Assembly: GCA_035501255.1 (NCBI GenBank)
Contig: DATJWM010000008.1
Location: 1,488 to 65,487 of the forward strand
Reading direction: 5' to 3'
Origin: Mycobacteriales bacterium
GTDB taxonomy: Bacteria; Actinomycetota; Actinomycetes; JAFAQI01
DNA: 64,000 nucleotides
The notes under the pieces are model-generated. The model was given only the letters and a program-made list of their open reading frames with translations, searched no databases and was not told the DNA's origin. The position numbers were made by a program, and so were the translations under genes. Every line of letters starts with the position of its first letter. The first letter of the stretch is position 1. This document shows, piece by piece, positions 1 through 9,575 of the stretch.

Positions 1-826
1 CGCCTCCTCCCCGCCGGGTGAGGTCTCGGCCGAGGTGCCCACCGAGCGCGAGTGGGCAGCGTCGGTGGTTACTGCGGTGGATGCGATTCGCGCCGGCGGG
101 CTGGACAAGGTGGTGCTCGCGCGGGCGATCGACGTGACGGCCGCCTGCAATCTCGACCCGCGCGCCGTCGCCGCTCGGCTGGCCGAGCGTTTCCCTTCCT
201 GCTTCACCTACCTCTGCGATGGCCTGGTCGGGGCCTCTCCGGAGCTGTTGATCCGCCGGCTCGGCCGGCATGCCGAATCGCTGGTGCTCGCCGGGACGGT
301 CCGCCGCGGACGCAGCGCCGAGGAGGACGCCGATCTCGAGCGTGCGCTGCTCGCCTCGACCAAGGACGCCGTCGAGCACCGGCTTGCGTCCGAGTCGGTG
401 CGCGACGTGCTCGACCGGGTGGCCGCGGAGGCGGTCGCGGATCCGACGCCGACGCTGCTGCGGCTGGCCAACGTCACGCACCTCGCCACCCATCTCGAGG
501 CCTGGCTTCCGCCGACTGCGCCGTCGGCGCTCGAGCTCGCGCAGTTGCTGCATCCGTCCGCAGCCGTCGGCGGCACGCCCCGCGATCGGGCGCTGGAGAT
601 GATCACGACGCTCGAAGCGGCGCCCAGGGGCCGCTACGCCGCACCCGTCGGATGGGTCGACGCGGGGGGTGACGGCGAGTTCGCGATCGCGCTTCGATGC
701 GCGCAGCTCTCGGGGCGGGTGGCCCGGCTGTGGGCGGGGGCAGGGATCGTGGCCGATTCCGACGCCGAGGCAGAACTCGCGGAGACGACCGCGAAGTTCG
801 ACGCGGTCCTCGCTGCCCTGACCTGA
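1..826 (+). CDS. menF: Isochorismate synthase, chorismate-binding C-terminal domain (5'-truncated by window edge)
   Basis: Open frame from nt 2 to the stop at 824-826. C-terminus reads GGTPRDRALEMI...GRYAAPVGW...AGAGIV, which is typical of chorismate-utilising MenF/EntC enzymes. It sits next to the menD/C/A/E genes. Confidence 0.75.
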   Translation, partial: ASSPPGEVSAEVPTEREWAASVVTAVDAIRAGGLDKVVLARAIDVTAACNLDPRAVAARLAERFPSCFTYLCDGLVGASPELLIRRLGRHAESLVLAGTVRRGRSAEEDADLERALLASTKDAVEHRLASESVRDVLDRVAAEAVADPTPTLLRLANVTHLATHLEAWLPPTAPSALELAQLLHPSAAVGGTPRDRALEMITTLEAAPRGRYAAPVGWVDAGGDGEFAIALRCAQLSGRVARLWAGAGIVADSDAEAELAETTAKFDAVLAALT

Positions 827-864
827 CGGCGTACCGGCGTGACGCCGCTTCGAGAAGGCCAGCC

Positions 865-2547
865 TCAGCGGAGGCGGGCGTGGAGGGCGGCGTTGGCCGT
901 CCGGTCGGTGCGGACCTCCACGATGCGCAGACCGCCGGTCCCGTGGGTGGGCGGGAGCGTGCGGGCCAGCTCGTCCGGGTCCGTGACGAGCAGGTGCTCG
1001 ACCTCATAGGCGCTGGCCAGTTTCGCGAACGACATCCCGTGCGGGGTGCCGAACAGTCGCTCGAACGCAGCGGGCTGCACCGCCGAACCCTGCGGCAACA
1101 GGGAGAAGATCCCGCCGCCGTCGTTGTTGATCACCACGATGGTGAGGTCGGGCCGGTCGTCCGACCCCGGCGTCAGGCCGTTGATGTCGTGCAGGAGCGA
1201 GAGGTCTCCACACACCGCGACCGTCGGACCCCGCTGCGCGCGGGCGATCGCGGTCCCGACTGCCGTGGACACGAAGCCGTCGATCCCGCTCACCCCTCGA
1301 TTCGCGACGATCTCGATCCCGTCGCGCGGGTTCATGACCAGATCGAGGTCGCGGATCGGCATCGAGGAGGACACGACGAGCGTCGACCCCGGGGGAAGCC
1401 GGTCGACGACGTCGCGGACGACCCGCGGCTCGGTCAGGACGGTCTCGGCGTCGAGGATCGCGTCGAGCCGCTCGCCCGCACCCTCCGCCGCGGTCCGCCA
1501 CCGGGCGGCCCAGTCGGGGGGAGCCGGCGCATGATCGATGCCGTTGAGGCTGCCCGGATAGACGGCCTCGGCGGTTCCAGCGACGTCCCAGTGCCCCCCG
1601 TCAGTCACCACGACGTGCGGCACCGTCCCCAGCCACCCGATCAGCGTCCTCGACAGGCCGACCCGGCCGACGACGACGGCGAGGTCGGGGACATGCGCGG
1701 CGACGAACTTCGGGTCGGCCAGCAGGAGGTCGGTTGCGCGCAAGGCGAGCGTACCGCTGCGAGCGCCGCTGTGCGGTTCGGCGATCAACGGCCAGCGCAG
1801 CCGCTCGGCGAACCGACGGGTGTCGTCCGGCCGCAGATCGCCGGGGTCGCCGGCGATGACCACGCCGCGCTCGGCGGCCGCGATCCGGGCCTGCAGTTCC
1901 GCAGGCGCATGCCGGGCCACCTCGCCGGTGGGGGAGGGGGGTCGCGATGCCCCGAGACCGAGGTCGTGCGGGAACCCGATACCGTCGCTCACCGCAATGA
2001 GCGGCTCGCGCAGCGGCAGGTTCAGGTGGACGGGTCCGCTCGGGTTGCCGGTCTCGCCTCGGCAGTGGGCGCACGCGACCGCGATGAGCTCGCGCCACTC
2101 ATCGACGACTCCTGGCCGGGACTCGGGAGTCTGCACCGTCGGGGCCCACCGCACCGCGCCGCCGTACAGGCCCTCCTGCTCGACGGTCTGGTTGGCGCCG
2201 ATTCCGTGCAGCTCCGGCGGGCGGTCCGCCGTGAGCACGAGCAGCGGAACCCGGGCCAGGTCGGCCTCGAGCACCGCGCCATGGAAGTACGTCGCGGCCG
2301 TGCCGGACGTGCACAGGACGGGGACGACCTGCCGTCCGGCCTTGGCGATTCCCAACGCGAGGTACGCCGCAGACCGCTCGTCGATCCGGACGTGCACCGC
2401 GATATCCGGGTGCTCGAGCAGAGCGAGCGCGAGCGGCGTCGAGCGCGATCCCGGCGCGATGACCGCGTGGCGCACCCCGTCGCGGGCGAGTTCGTCGACC
2501 ACGACGAGCGCGAACGCCCGACCGGCGTTCTCCGCCTCAGCGCCCAC
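865..2547 (-). CDS. menD: 2-succinyl-5-enolpyruvyl-6-hydroxy-3-cyclohexene-1-carboxylate synthase (MenD, ThDP-dependent)
   Basis: Motifs GPVHLNLPLREPL and VVDELARDGVRHAVIAPGSRSTPLA. The listed 701-aa ORF is an N-terminal over-extension. The in-frame GTG at 2547 overlaps the menC stop and gives a 560-aa MenD-sized product. Confidence 0.85.
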   Translation of the reverse strand: MGAEAENAGRAFALVVVDELARDGVRHAVIAPGSRSTPLALALLEHPDIAVHVRIDERSAAYLALGIAKAGRQVVPVLCTSGTAATYFHGAVLEADLARVPLLVLTADRPPELHGIGANQTVEQEGLYGGAVRWAPTVQTPESRPGVVDEWRELIAVACAHCRGETGNPSGPVHLNLPLREPLIAVSDGIGFPHDLGLGASRPPSPTGEVARHAPAELQARIAAAERGVVIAGDPGDLRPDDTRRFAERLRWPLIAEPHSGARSGTLALRATDLLLADPKFVAAHVPDLAVVVGRVGLSRTLIGWLGTVPHVVVTDGGHWDVAGTAEAVYPGSLNGIDHAPAPPDWAARWRTAAEGAGERLDAILDAETVLTEPRVVRDVVDRLPPGSTLVVSSSMPIRDLDLVMNPRDGIEIVANRGVSGIDGFVSTAVGTAIARAQRGPTVAVCGDLSLLHDINGLTPGSDDRPDLTIVVINNDGGGIFSLLPQGSAVQPAAFERLFGTPHGMSFAKLASAYEVEHLLVTDPDELARTLPPTHGTGGLRIVEVRTDRTANAALHARLR

Positions 2548-3481
2548 CGAGCACCTCCTGGGCGTCCCGTCGCCGCTGCTGCCAATGCCGCTCAACCTCG
2601 ATCGGCGCGAGCGCGCCACCCAGCAGGTCGGGTTCCGGAGCGCGGGCCAGGACCGGAAGTGACCCGCGGTCCGGGACCAGCGACGCGGAGCACACATCGC
2701 CGTCGAGGAGCGGCACGGTCGCCAGACCGCATGCGTACGGCAGATCGTCGAGAGCACCCGCGAGGGCAAGGCCCGCCGCGATGCCGATGCTGGTCTCGAT
2801 CGCACTCGAGACGACCACCGGCAGGCCGCATCGTTCGGCGATCCGCAGGCAGGCGCGCACGCCACCGAGCGGTTGCACCTTGAGGACGACGATGTCGGCG
2901 GCCGAACGAACCGCGACCCGTTCGGGGTCGTCCGCCTTACGGATCGACTCGTCGGCCGCGAGCCGAACATCGACGCGACGCCGCAAGGCCGCCATGTCCT
3001 CCAGCGACGCGACCGGTTGCTCGGCGTATTCGAGGTCGAACGCCGACAGTTCCCGCAGCGCCTTGGTCGCCTCGTCGAGGGTCCAGCCGGCGTTCGCGTC
3101 GACGCGTACGCGACCGGTGCTCCCGAGCGCGTCGCGCACCGCCTCCACCCGCGCGAGGTCGTCGGTGAGGCTCTGCCCGGGTTCGGCGACCTTGACTTTC
3201 GCCGTCGCGCATCCCGATGCCGCGACCAGATCGTGGGCCTGCTGCGGCGCGATCGCCGGGACGGTGGTGTTGACCGCGACCCGGGACCGCCGCGGCGACG
3301 GCCAGCCGTCGTTGGCGGCTTCGAGCGCGGCCGCGAGCCAGCGCGCGCTCTCCGTCGCGTCGTACTCGGGGAACGGGGAGAACTCTCCCCAGCCCGACGG
3401 GCCGGAGATCAGCATTCCCTGGCGCCGCTGTTGGCCGCGGAAGGGGATCCGCATCGCGAGGTCGTAGGTCGAGACCGTCAC
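2537..3481 (-). CDS. menC: o-Succinylbenzoate synthase (MenC, enolase superfamily)
   Basis: 314-aa ORF beginning MTVSTYDLAMRIPFRG...GWGEFSPF. The GTG start overlaps the menA stop (GTGA). Confidence 0.8.
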   Translation of the reverse strand: MTVSTYDLAMRIPFRGQQRRQGMLISGPSGWGEFSPFPEYDATESARWLAAALEAANDGWPSPRRSRVAVNTTVPAIAPQQAHDLVAASGCATAKVKVAEPGQSLTDDLARVEAVRDALGSTGRVRVDANAGWTLDEATKALRELSAFDLEYAEQPVASLEDMAALRRRVDVRLAADESIRKADDPERVAVRSAADIVVLKVQPLGGVRACLRIAERCGLPVVVSSAIETSIGIAAGLALAGALDDLPYACGLATVPLLDGDVCSASLVPDRGSLPVLARAPEPDLLGGALAPIEVERHWQQRRRDAQEVLGGR

Positions 3482-4356
3482 CGCGCGGCGAGGAGCAGTC
3501 CGAGGGCGAGGAGGGCGGCGATCGCGAGCTCGAGCTTGCCGGTCCCCCCCAGGGCCGGGATCAAGGCTCGCCCGACGCCGCCGCCGCGCACCGCGCTCAC
3601 CGGCTCACGAGCGAGCGGGACGGCGAGGATCGCGAGCACCGGCCAGGCCGATCGAGCGGCGAGCGGTTCACCGACGACCGCGAGAACGATCCCGGCACCG
3701 ACGGCGAGGACGAACAGTTGGCGGGTTCGGGCCTCGCCGATCCGTACCGCCAGGGTGCGCTTGCCGGCGATCGCGTCGGTTGGCACGTCGCGCAGGTTGT
3801 TGACGACGAGGATCGCCACCGCGAGGACACCGGTCGCGACCGCACCCACCCACGCGGTCAACGGCATCGTGCGGTGCTGGACGTAGGAGGAGCCGAGCGT
3901 GGCGACCAGCCCGAAGAAGACGAAGACGAACACCTCACCCAGACCGCGAGAGGCGTACGGCCGCGGCCCGCCGCTGTAGCCGAGCAACGCGAGGAACATG
4001 CCGACGCCGACCACCAGCAACCACCAGGAGACGAGGGCCGCGAGCAGGAAACCGGCGAGGGCCGCGACCCCCATCGCGACGCCGATGGCGACGCGCATCG
4101 CGCGCGGCGTGACCAGGCCGCTCGCGACCGCTCGCCGCGGGCCGGCGCGCTGCACCGTATCGACCCCCCGTACGCCGTCGAAGTAGTCGTTGGCGAAGTT
4201 CACGGCGACCTGGACCGAAAGCGCGACCACCACGACGAGGGCGAACCTGCCCCACAGGATGCCCGTCGACGCGACCCCCGCCGCTGTGCCGACGATGACC
4301 GGGGCGAGCGATGCCGGCAGCGTGCGAGGGCGCGCCGCCTCGACCCACACGTTCAC
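3478..4356 (-). CDS. menA: 1,4-dihydroxy-2-naphthoate polyprenyltransferase (MenA, UbiA family)
   Basis: 292-aa polytopic membrane protein with NFANDYFDGVRGVD (UbiA Asp-rich motif). GTG start at 4356. Confidence 0.85.
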   Translation of the reverse strand: MNVWVEAARPRTLPASLAPVIVGTAAGVASTGILWGRFALVVVVALSVQVAVNFANDYFDGVRGVDTVQRAGPRRAVASGLVTPRAMRVAIGVAMGVAALAGFLLAALVSWWLLVVGVGMFLALLGYSGGPRPYASRGLGEVFVFVFFGLVATLGSSYVQHRTMPLTAWVGAVATGVLAVAILVVNNLRDVPTDAIAGKRTLAVRIGEARTRQLFVLAVGAGIVLAVVGEPLAARSAWPVLAILAVPLAREPVSAVRGGGVGRALIPALGGTGKLELAIAALLALGLLLAAR

Positions 4357-4430
4357 CCGGTCGTCTCCCTATCGTCTGCTTGGCCGTCCACTCGCCGTCC
4401 TCCCGCGACCGCCACTACCGTCGTACAACG

Positions 4431-5594
4431 ATGCCAGCCCAGCACACCGGCCGACTCCGCACCCTCGCCTATCCGCCGGGTGAGGAGTTCATCGCCGCCT
4501 TCGACGAGGCCTGGGATCGCGGTGACGCCGTGCTGCCGCTCGATCCGGCCGCCCCGGCAGCAGTGCGCGACCGGCTGCTTGCTGCCGTACGGCCGGACGA
4601 GCCGCTCGAGCCGGATGTCGCGCTGGTGATCGCGACCTCGGGCTCAACCGGAGAGCCCAAGGGAGTGCTCCTCAGCCGCGACGCGGTGCACGCATCGGGA
4701 GAGGCCGCCTACGCGCGGATCGGACGGGACCCGAACGATCGGTGGGTGTCCTGCCTGCCGTGGCAGCACATCGGTGGCCTCCAGGTGATGCTGCGGGCCC
4801 GGATGTTCGGGTTGCCGCTCACGATCCTCGACCGGTTCGACGTCGATCGCTTTGCCGCGGTTGACGCGACTCTCGCCTCCATCGTGCCGACCCAACTCGC
4901 GCGGCTGCTCGACGCGGGTGTCGACCTTTCCCGCTTCCGGGTGATCCTCGTCGGGGGTGCGGCCACCCCGGCCCCGTTGCTGGCGCGGGCCCTCGACGCC
5001 GGTGCCCCCATCGTCACGACGTACGGGATGAGCGAGACCTGCGGCGGGTGCGCGTACTCCGGCGTCCCGCTCGACGGGATCGACATCCGGCTCGGGCCCG
5101 GGGGGCGGATCGAGGTCCGTGGACCGACCGTCATGTCGGGTTACCGGCTGCGTCCCGATCTCAGCGAGCAGGCGTTGGTCGGTGGCTGGCTTCTGACCGC
5201 CGACATCGGCGCGTTCGGCCGAGACGGGCGACTCGACGTCCGCGGGCGAGTGGACGACGTCGTCATCAGCGGCGGTGAGAACGTCGTGACGACGCATGTC
5301 GCCGCTGTGCTGTCGGGTCATCCGGCGCTCGACGCGGTCGCGGTCACCGGCGTCGATGACCCCGAGTGGGGCCAGCGGGTGGTGGCGGTCGCCGTGGTGC
5401 GTCCGGGTCAGCCGACACCGACCCTGGCCGAGGTGCGCGAGTGGTGCGCGGACCGGCTGGATCCGCCGTCACGGCCGCGCGGCCTGGTGGTGGTGGCGAA
5501 TGTTCCGATGCTCGGCTCCGGGAAGCCGGACCGGCAAGCGATCCGCCGCCTGGCCGAGCGGGCGGACCGGCCCGGTCAGGCGGCCGAGGCCTAG
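4431..5594 (+). CDS. menE: o-Succinylbenzoate-CoA ligase (MenE, short actinobacterial form)
   Basis: AMP-binding motifs ATSGSTGEPKGV and TYGMSETCG. ATG at 4431 (MPAQHTGRL) is taken as the start within the 427-aa listed ORF. Divergent from menA. Confidence 0.8.
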   Translation: MPAQHTGRLRTLAYPPGEEFIAAFDEAWDRGDAVLPLDPAAPAAVRDRLLAAVRPDEPLEPDVALVIATSGSTGEPKGVLLSRDAVHASGEAAYARIGRDPNDRWVSCLPWQHIGGLQVMLRARMFGLPLTILDRFDVDRFAAVDATLASIVPTQLARLLDAGVDLSRFRVILVGGAATPAPLLARALDAGAPIVTTYGMSETCGGCAYSGVPLDGIDIRLGPGGRIEVRGPTVMSGYRLRPDLSEQALVGGWLLTADIGAFGRDGRLDVRGRVDDVVISGGENVVTTHVAAVLSGHPALDAVAVTGVDDPEWGQRVVAVAVVRPGQPTPTLAEVREWCADRLDPPSRPRGLVVVANVPMLGSGKPDRQAIRRLAERADRPGQAAEA

Positions 5595-5597
5595 CCC

Positions 5598-5774
5598 CTA
5601 CGCCGATTCCGCCCGGAGCCAGTCCGCCGCGGCGAACTCCTCGGAGTAGACCTCCTCGGAGTGCATGGGTGTCGCCAGATCGAGCAGCAGCGTCAGCGGT
5701 ACTCCCGCCTCCAACAGTGACAGCGCCATGGCGGTGCCGTCGTGCACATCGGACGACCGAGTCTCCTTGGTCAT
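5598..5774 (-). CDS. Small hypothetical protein (58 aa, acidic)
   Basis: ATG at 5774 is preceded by GGAGAACGCG (strong SD). Sequence is MTKETRSSDVHDGTAMALSLLEAGVPLTLLLDLATPMHSEEVYSEEFAAADWLRAESA. Lies between menE and ugd. Confidence 0.4.
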   Translation of the reverse strand: MTKETRSSDVHDGTAMALSLLEAGVPLTLLLDLATPMHSEEVYSEEFAAADWLRAESA

Positions 5775-5898
5775 CGCGTTCTCCTTTTGTCGCTTCCCCA
5801 CGTAGTTCCTCGGCTCCATTCGGAGCAGTGGTAATCCGCCATTCGGGCTACTTCGACGGCGAACCCTGTCGACATATCCGACTTTTCGGGCAAGAGCC

Positions 5899-7221
5899 TC
5901 AGGGCCGTCCGAGGGCCCGGTAGTGCCAGCCCGCGTCCCGCCACCGTTGCGGGTCGAGCGCGTTGCGACCGTCGACGATGTTGCGGTGCGCGACCACGCC
6001 GTTGAGCACGGCGGGATCCATCTCGCGGAACTCCTGCCACTCGGTGAGGTGCAGCACAAGGTCGGCGTCGCCGGCGGCGGCAACTGCCGACGGTGCGTAG
6101 GTCAGATGGGGGTACATCGTCCGGGCGTTGTCCATCGCCGCCGGGTCGTAGACGGTGACGAGCGCGCCCAACCGTTGGAGCCGGCTGGCGACGTCCAGGG
6201 CCGGCGAGTCACGGATGTCGTCGCTGTCGGGCTTGAACGCTGCCCCAAGAATCGCCACCCGGCGGTGACGGACGGAGTCGTCGAGGAGCTCGCGGGCGAG
6301 GTCGACCATGCGGGCGCGGCGGCGCAGGTTGATGGCGTCCACCTCGGTGAGAAACGACAGCGCCTGATCGACGCCGAGCTCCCCGGCGCGGGCCATGAAT
6401 GCCCGGATGTCCTTGGGCAGGCAGCCGCCGCCGAAACCGAGCCCGGCATGCAGGAACCGGCCACCGATCCGCGTGTCGTGCGACAGCGCCTCGGAGAGCT
6501 TCTTCACGTCGGCGTGGGTGACCTCGCATACCTCGGCCATCGCGTTGATGAAGGAGATCTTGGTGGCCAGGAAGGCGTTGGCCGCGACCTTGACGAGCTG
6601 TGCGGTCGCGAGATCGGTGACGACGAGCGGGGTGTCGGCCGCGAGCATCGGCGCGTAGACCGCGCGCATGATCTCCTCGCCGCGTGTGCTGGTGACGCCG
6701 ATCACGAGGCGGTCCGGGTGCAGGGTGTCCTCGACCGCGAAACCTTCGCGGAGGAACTCGGGATTCCAGACCAGCTCGATCTCGTTGCCCGCGGGGGCTT
6801 CGTTGACGATCCGGTCCGCGATCCGCTCGGCAGTGCCCACCGGCACCGTCGACTTTCCGGCGAGCGTGCATGGCCGGGTGAGGAGCGGGAGCAACTCGTC
6901 GATGCAGCGATGGACATAGCGAAGGTCTGCGGCGTACTCACCGGCCTTCTGCGGGGTCCCCACACAGAGGAAGTGCACGTCACCGAAGCCGGCCACCTCC
7001 GGGTAAGAGGTCGTGAAGCGCAGACGTCCCGACTCGATGTTCTTGCGGAGCAGCGGTTCGAGTCCCGGCTCGTAGAACGGGACCTCGCCGGCCGAAAGCC
7101 GCGCCACCTTCTCCGCGTCGACGTCGAGGCCGAGCACGTCGTATCCCAGCTCGGCCATGCACACCGCGTGGGTCGCGCCGAGATAGCCGGTCCCGAGCAC
7201 AGTCATCCGTGGTGCAGGCAT
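5899..7221 (-). CDS. ugd: UDP-glucose 6-dehydrogenase
   Basis: MTVLGTGYLGATHAVCMAELGYDVLGLDVD Rossmann N-terminus, with GGxCLPKD in the catalytic region. The start is placed at an internal ATG (MPAPRMTVLG). The alternative start at 7206 is equally plausible. Confidence 0.85.
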   Translation of the reverse strand: MPAPRMTVLGTGYLGATHAVCMAELGYDVLGLDVDAEKVARLSAGEVPFYEPGLEPLLRKNIESGRLRFTTSYPEVAGFGDVHFLCVGTPQKAGEYAADLRYVHRCIDELLPLLTRPCTLAGKSTVPVGTAERIADRIVNEAPAGNEIELVWNPEFLREGFAVEDTLHPDRLVIGVTSTRGEEIMRAVYAPMLAADTPLVVTDLATAQLVKVAANAFLATKISFINAMAEVCEVTHADVKKLSEALSHDTRIGGRFLHAGLGFGGGCLPKDIRAFMARAGELGVDQALSFLTEVDAINLRRRARMVDLARELLDDSVRHRRVAILGAAFKPDSDDIRDSPALDVASRLQRLGALVTVYDPAAMDNARTMYPHLTYAPSAVAAAGDADLVLHLTEWQEFREMDPAVLNGVVAHRNIVDGRNALDPQRWRDAGWHYRALGRP

Positions 7222-7292
7222 TGGAAAATCGTACGGCGGCGACGCCGCATCGACCCTTCCATCCCGGTTTCGCACCTCATTACGATGGCGCC

Positions 7293-8462
7293 GTGGACTC
7301 CGACTTCGACCTGTTCACGTTGCCGGAGGAGCATCAGCTGCTCCGGGCGACGGTTCGCGCGGTCGCCGACGACAAGATCGCGCCGCGAGCGGCCGAGATC
7401 GACGAGACCGCGCAGTTCCCGTGGGACGTGCACGACGCCCTCGTGGCCGCCGACCTGCATGCCGTCCACATCCCGGAGGCCTACGACGGTGTGGGTGCCG
7501 ATGCGATCGCCTCGGCCATCGTCATCGAGGAGATCGCGCGTGCCTGTGCGGCCTCCTCGCTGATTCCGGCGGTCAACAAGCTCGGAACGATGGGCATGAT
7601 CCTGGCCGGCGCCGAGGAACTCAAGGCGACCTACCTCCCGCGGCTGGCCCGCGGTGAGGGAATGTTCAGTTACTGCCTGTCCGAGCCCGAGGCGGGAAGC
7701 GACGCGGCCGCGATGAAGACCCGCGCCATCCACGAGGGCGACGGGTGGGTCATCAACGGGGTGAAGCGCTGGATCACGGGCGGCGGGGTCTCGTCGTACT
7801 ACACCGTCATGGCGGTCACCGACCCCGACAAGGGGGCGAACGGGATTTCCGCGTTCGTCGTCGAGAAGGCGGACGCCGGGGTCAGCTTTGGCGCGCCGGA
7901 AAGCAAGCTCGGCATCAAGGGCTCGCCGACGACCGAGGTCTACTTCGACGACGTGCGGATCCCGGGCGACCGGATCATCGGCGCGCCGGGATCCGGCTTC
8001 AAGACTGCACTCGCCACCCTCGATCACACTCGCCTCACCATCGGTGCGCAGGCCTTGGGGATCGCGCAAGGCGCGGTCGACTACTGCACGCAGTACGTCC
8101 AGCAACGCCAGCAGTTCGGCCGTCCGATCGCGGAGTTTCAGGGAGTGTCGTTCCTGCTTGCCGACATGGCGATGAAGACCGAGGCGGCCAGGTCCCTGAT
8201 CTACACCGCCGCGGCCGCGTCGGAGCGGCTCGCCCCGAACCTGACGTTCCTGTCCGCGGCCGCCAAGTGCTTCGCCTCGGATGTGGCGATGGAGGTCACG
8301 ACCGACGGCGTACAGCTTCTCGGCGGCTACGGCTACACCAAGGACTATCCGCTGGAACGCATGATGCGGGACGCGAAGATCACCCAGATCTATGAAGGCA
8401 CCAACCAGATCCAGCGGCTGGTGATGGCGCGCAACCTGTTGAAGGCCAGTCCGCTGCGTTGA
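7293..8462 (+). CDS. Acyl-CoA dehydrogenase (FadE25-like)
   Basis: YCLSEPEAGSDAAAMKTRA..., GGYGYTKDYPLERMMRDAKITQIYEGTNQIQR. The start is set at the in-frame GTG 7293 (MDSDFDLFTLPEEH) because the listed ATG at 7209 would overlap the divergent ugd start. Start is uncertain. Confidence 0.8.
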   Translation: MDSDFDLFTLPEEHQLLRATVRAVADDKIAPRAAEIDETAQFPWDVHDALVAADLHAVHIPEAYDGVGADAIASAIVIEEIARACAASSLIPAVNKLGTMGMILAGAEELKATYLPRLARGEGMFSYCLSEPEAGSDAAAMKTRAIHEGDGWVINGVKRWITGGGVSSYYTVMAVTDPDKGANGISAFVVEKADAGVSFGAPESKLGIKGSPTTEVYFDDVRIPGDRIIGAPGSGFKTALATLDHTRLTIGAQALGIAQGAVDYCTQYVQQRQQFGRPIAEFQGVSFLLADMAMKTEAARSLIYTAAAASERLAPNLTFLSAAAKCFASDVAMEVTTDGVQLLGGYGYTKDYPLERMMRDAKITQIYEGTNQIQRLVMARNLLKASPLR

Positions 8463-9508
8463 CCGGGCCGGCCGCTGCGCCCTACGACGCGCTTCTCGTC
8501 CTGTCCTTCGGAGGTCCCGAGGGCCCGGACGACGTCCGACCGTTCCTGGACAACGTGACCCGCGGTCGCGCCGTCCCTGCGGAGCGGCTCGCTGCCGTGG
8601 CGGAGCACTATCTCGCCTTCGGCGGGGTGTCGCCGATCAACGCGGCCAATCGGGCGCTGGTCGCCGACGTGCGTGCTGAGCTGGGGCGACACGGGATCAC
8701 CCTCCCCGTCTTCTGGGGCAACCGGAACTGGCATCCGTTCGTGACCGACGCGATGCGGGAGATGGCCGGTGCCGGCGTCCGGCGAGCGCTCGTCTTCTGC
8801 ACCTCGGCGTACGCGTCGTACTCGTCTTGTCGGCAGTACCTCGAGGACCTCGAGCGGGCGCGACAGGAGGTGGGCGATTCCGCTCCGCGGGTCGAGAAGC
8901 TCCGGCACTACTTCGACCACCCGGGGTTCATCGCGCCACAGATCGACGCAGTGCGCGCGGCGCTGGACGGCCGCGGCGCCGAGCGCCGGGCTACCACCCG
9001 GTTGGTCTTCACCGCGCACTCGATCCCGCTCACGATGGCCACGGTGTCGGGTCGGGGGGGCGACACCTACGTTCGCCAGTTGCTCGCCGCGTCGGACCTC
9101 ATCGCCCGCGCGGCCGCGCCCGACCTCGGGTGGGAGCTTGCCTTCCAGAGCCGCAGCGGCCCTGGGTCGGTGCCCTGGTTGGAACCCGACATCGGCAATC
9201 GGCTGCGCGACCTGGTCGTCGACGGGGTTCGTGACGTGGTCGTCGTACCGGTCGGGTTCGTGAGCGACCATGTCGAGGTGGTCTGGGACCTCGACCACGA
9301 GGCGGCCGGAATCGCGGCCGAGCTCGACCTCGGGTTTGCCCGGACGCCGACGCCCGGCGGCGATCCGCGGTTCGTCGCGATGGTGCGCGAGCTCCTCGAC
9401 GAGCGCCTCGATCCGTCGGTCGAGGTGCGGGCGCTGTCGGATCTCGGTCCCAGTGGTGCCGACTGCTCGACAACCTGCTGCCTCCCGGATCGCCCAACTG
9501 TCAGCTAA
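8459..9508 (+). CDS. hemH: Ferrochelatase (coproporphyrin ferrochelatase type)
   Basis: DALLVLSFGGPEGPDDVRPFL and HSIP motifs. TTG start overlaps the fadE stop (TTGA). The stop codon TAA lies inside palindromic element copy 1. Confidence 0.85.
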   Translation: MTGPAAAPYDALLVLSFGGPEGPDDVRPFLDNVTRGRAVPAERLAAVAEHYLAFGGVSPINAANRALVADVRAELGRHGITLPVFWGNRNWHPFVTDAMREMAGAGVRRALVFCTSAYASYSSCRQYLEDLERARQEVGDSAPRVEKLRHYFDHPGFIAPQIDAVRAALDGRGAERRATTRLVFTAHSIPLTMATVSGRGGDTYVRQLLAASDLIARAAAPDLGWELAFQSRSGPGSVPWLEPDIGNRLRDLVVDGVRDVVVVPVGFVSDHVEVVWDLDHEAAGIAAELDLGFARTPTPGGDPRFVAMVRELLDERLDPSVEVRALSDLGPSGADCSTTCCLPDRPTVS

Positions 9509-9553
9509 CGGTCGTTCTGCCGGCGAAAACGCCCAGCTTCTGACGGTTGGGCG
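9491..9553. repeat. Palindromic ~60-bp element, copy 1 (arms CCAACTGTCAG / CTGACGGTTGG, 35-nt conserved core)
   Basis: Read directly: cgcCCAACTGTCAGctaacggtcgttctgccggcgaaaacgcccagcttCTGACGGTTGGgcg. It is near-identical in layout to the copies at 11513 and 25801. Confidence 0.7.
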
Positions 9554-9575
9554 AGGCGGGACTAGCCTGCGCTCC

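Noticed and set aside
9270-9575. Upstream extensions of listed ORFs (acsA from 9270, lpqB from 31895, second gene from 22776, menD to 2970, cofE to 16264, mtrB from 30697).
   Set aside because: These extensions overlap the preceding gene in another frame. Internal GTG/ATG starts that coincide with homolog N-termini, SD sequences or 4-nt stop/start overlaps were preferred.
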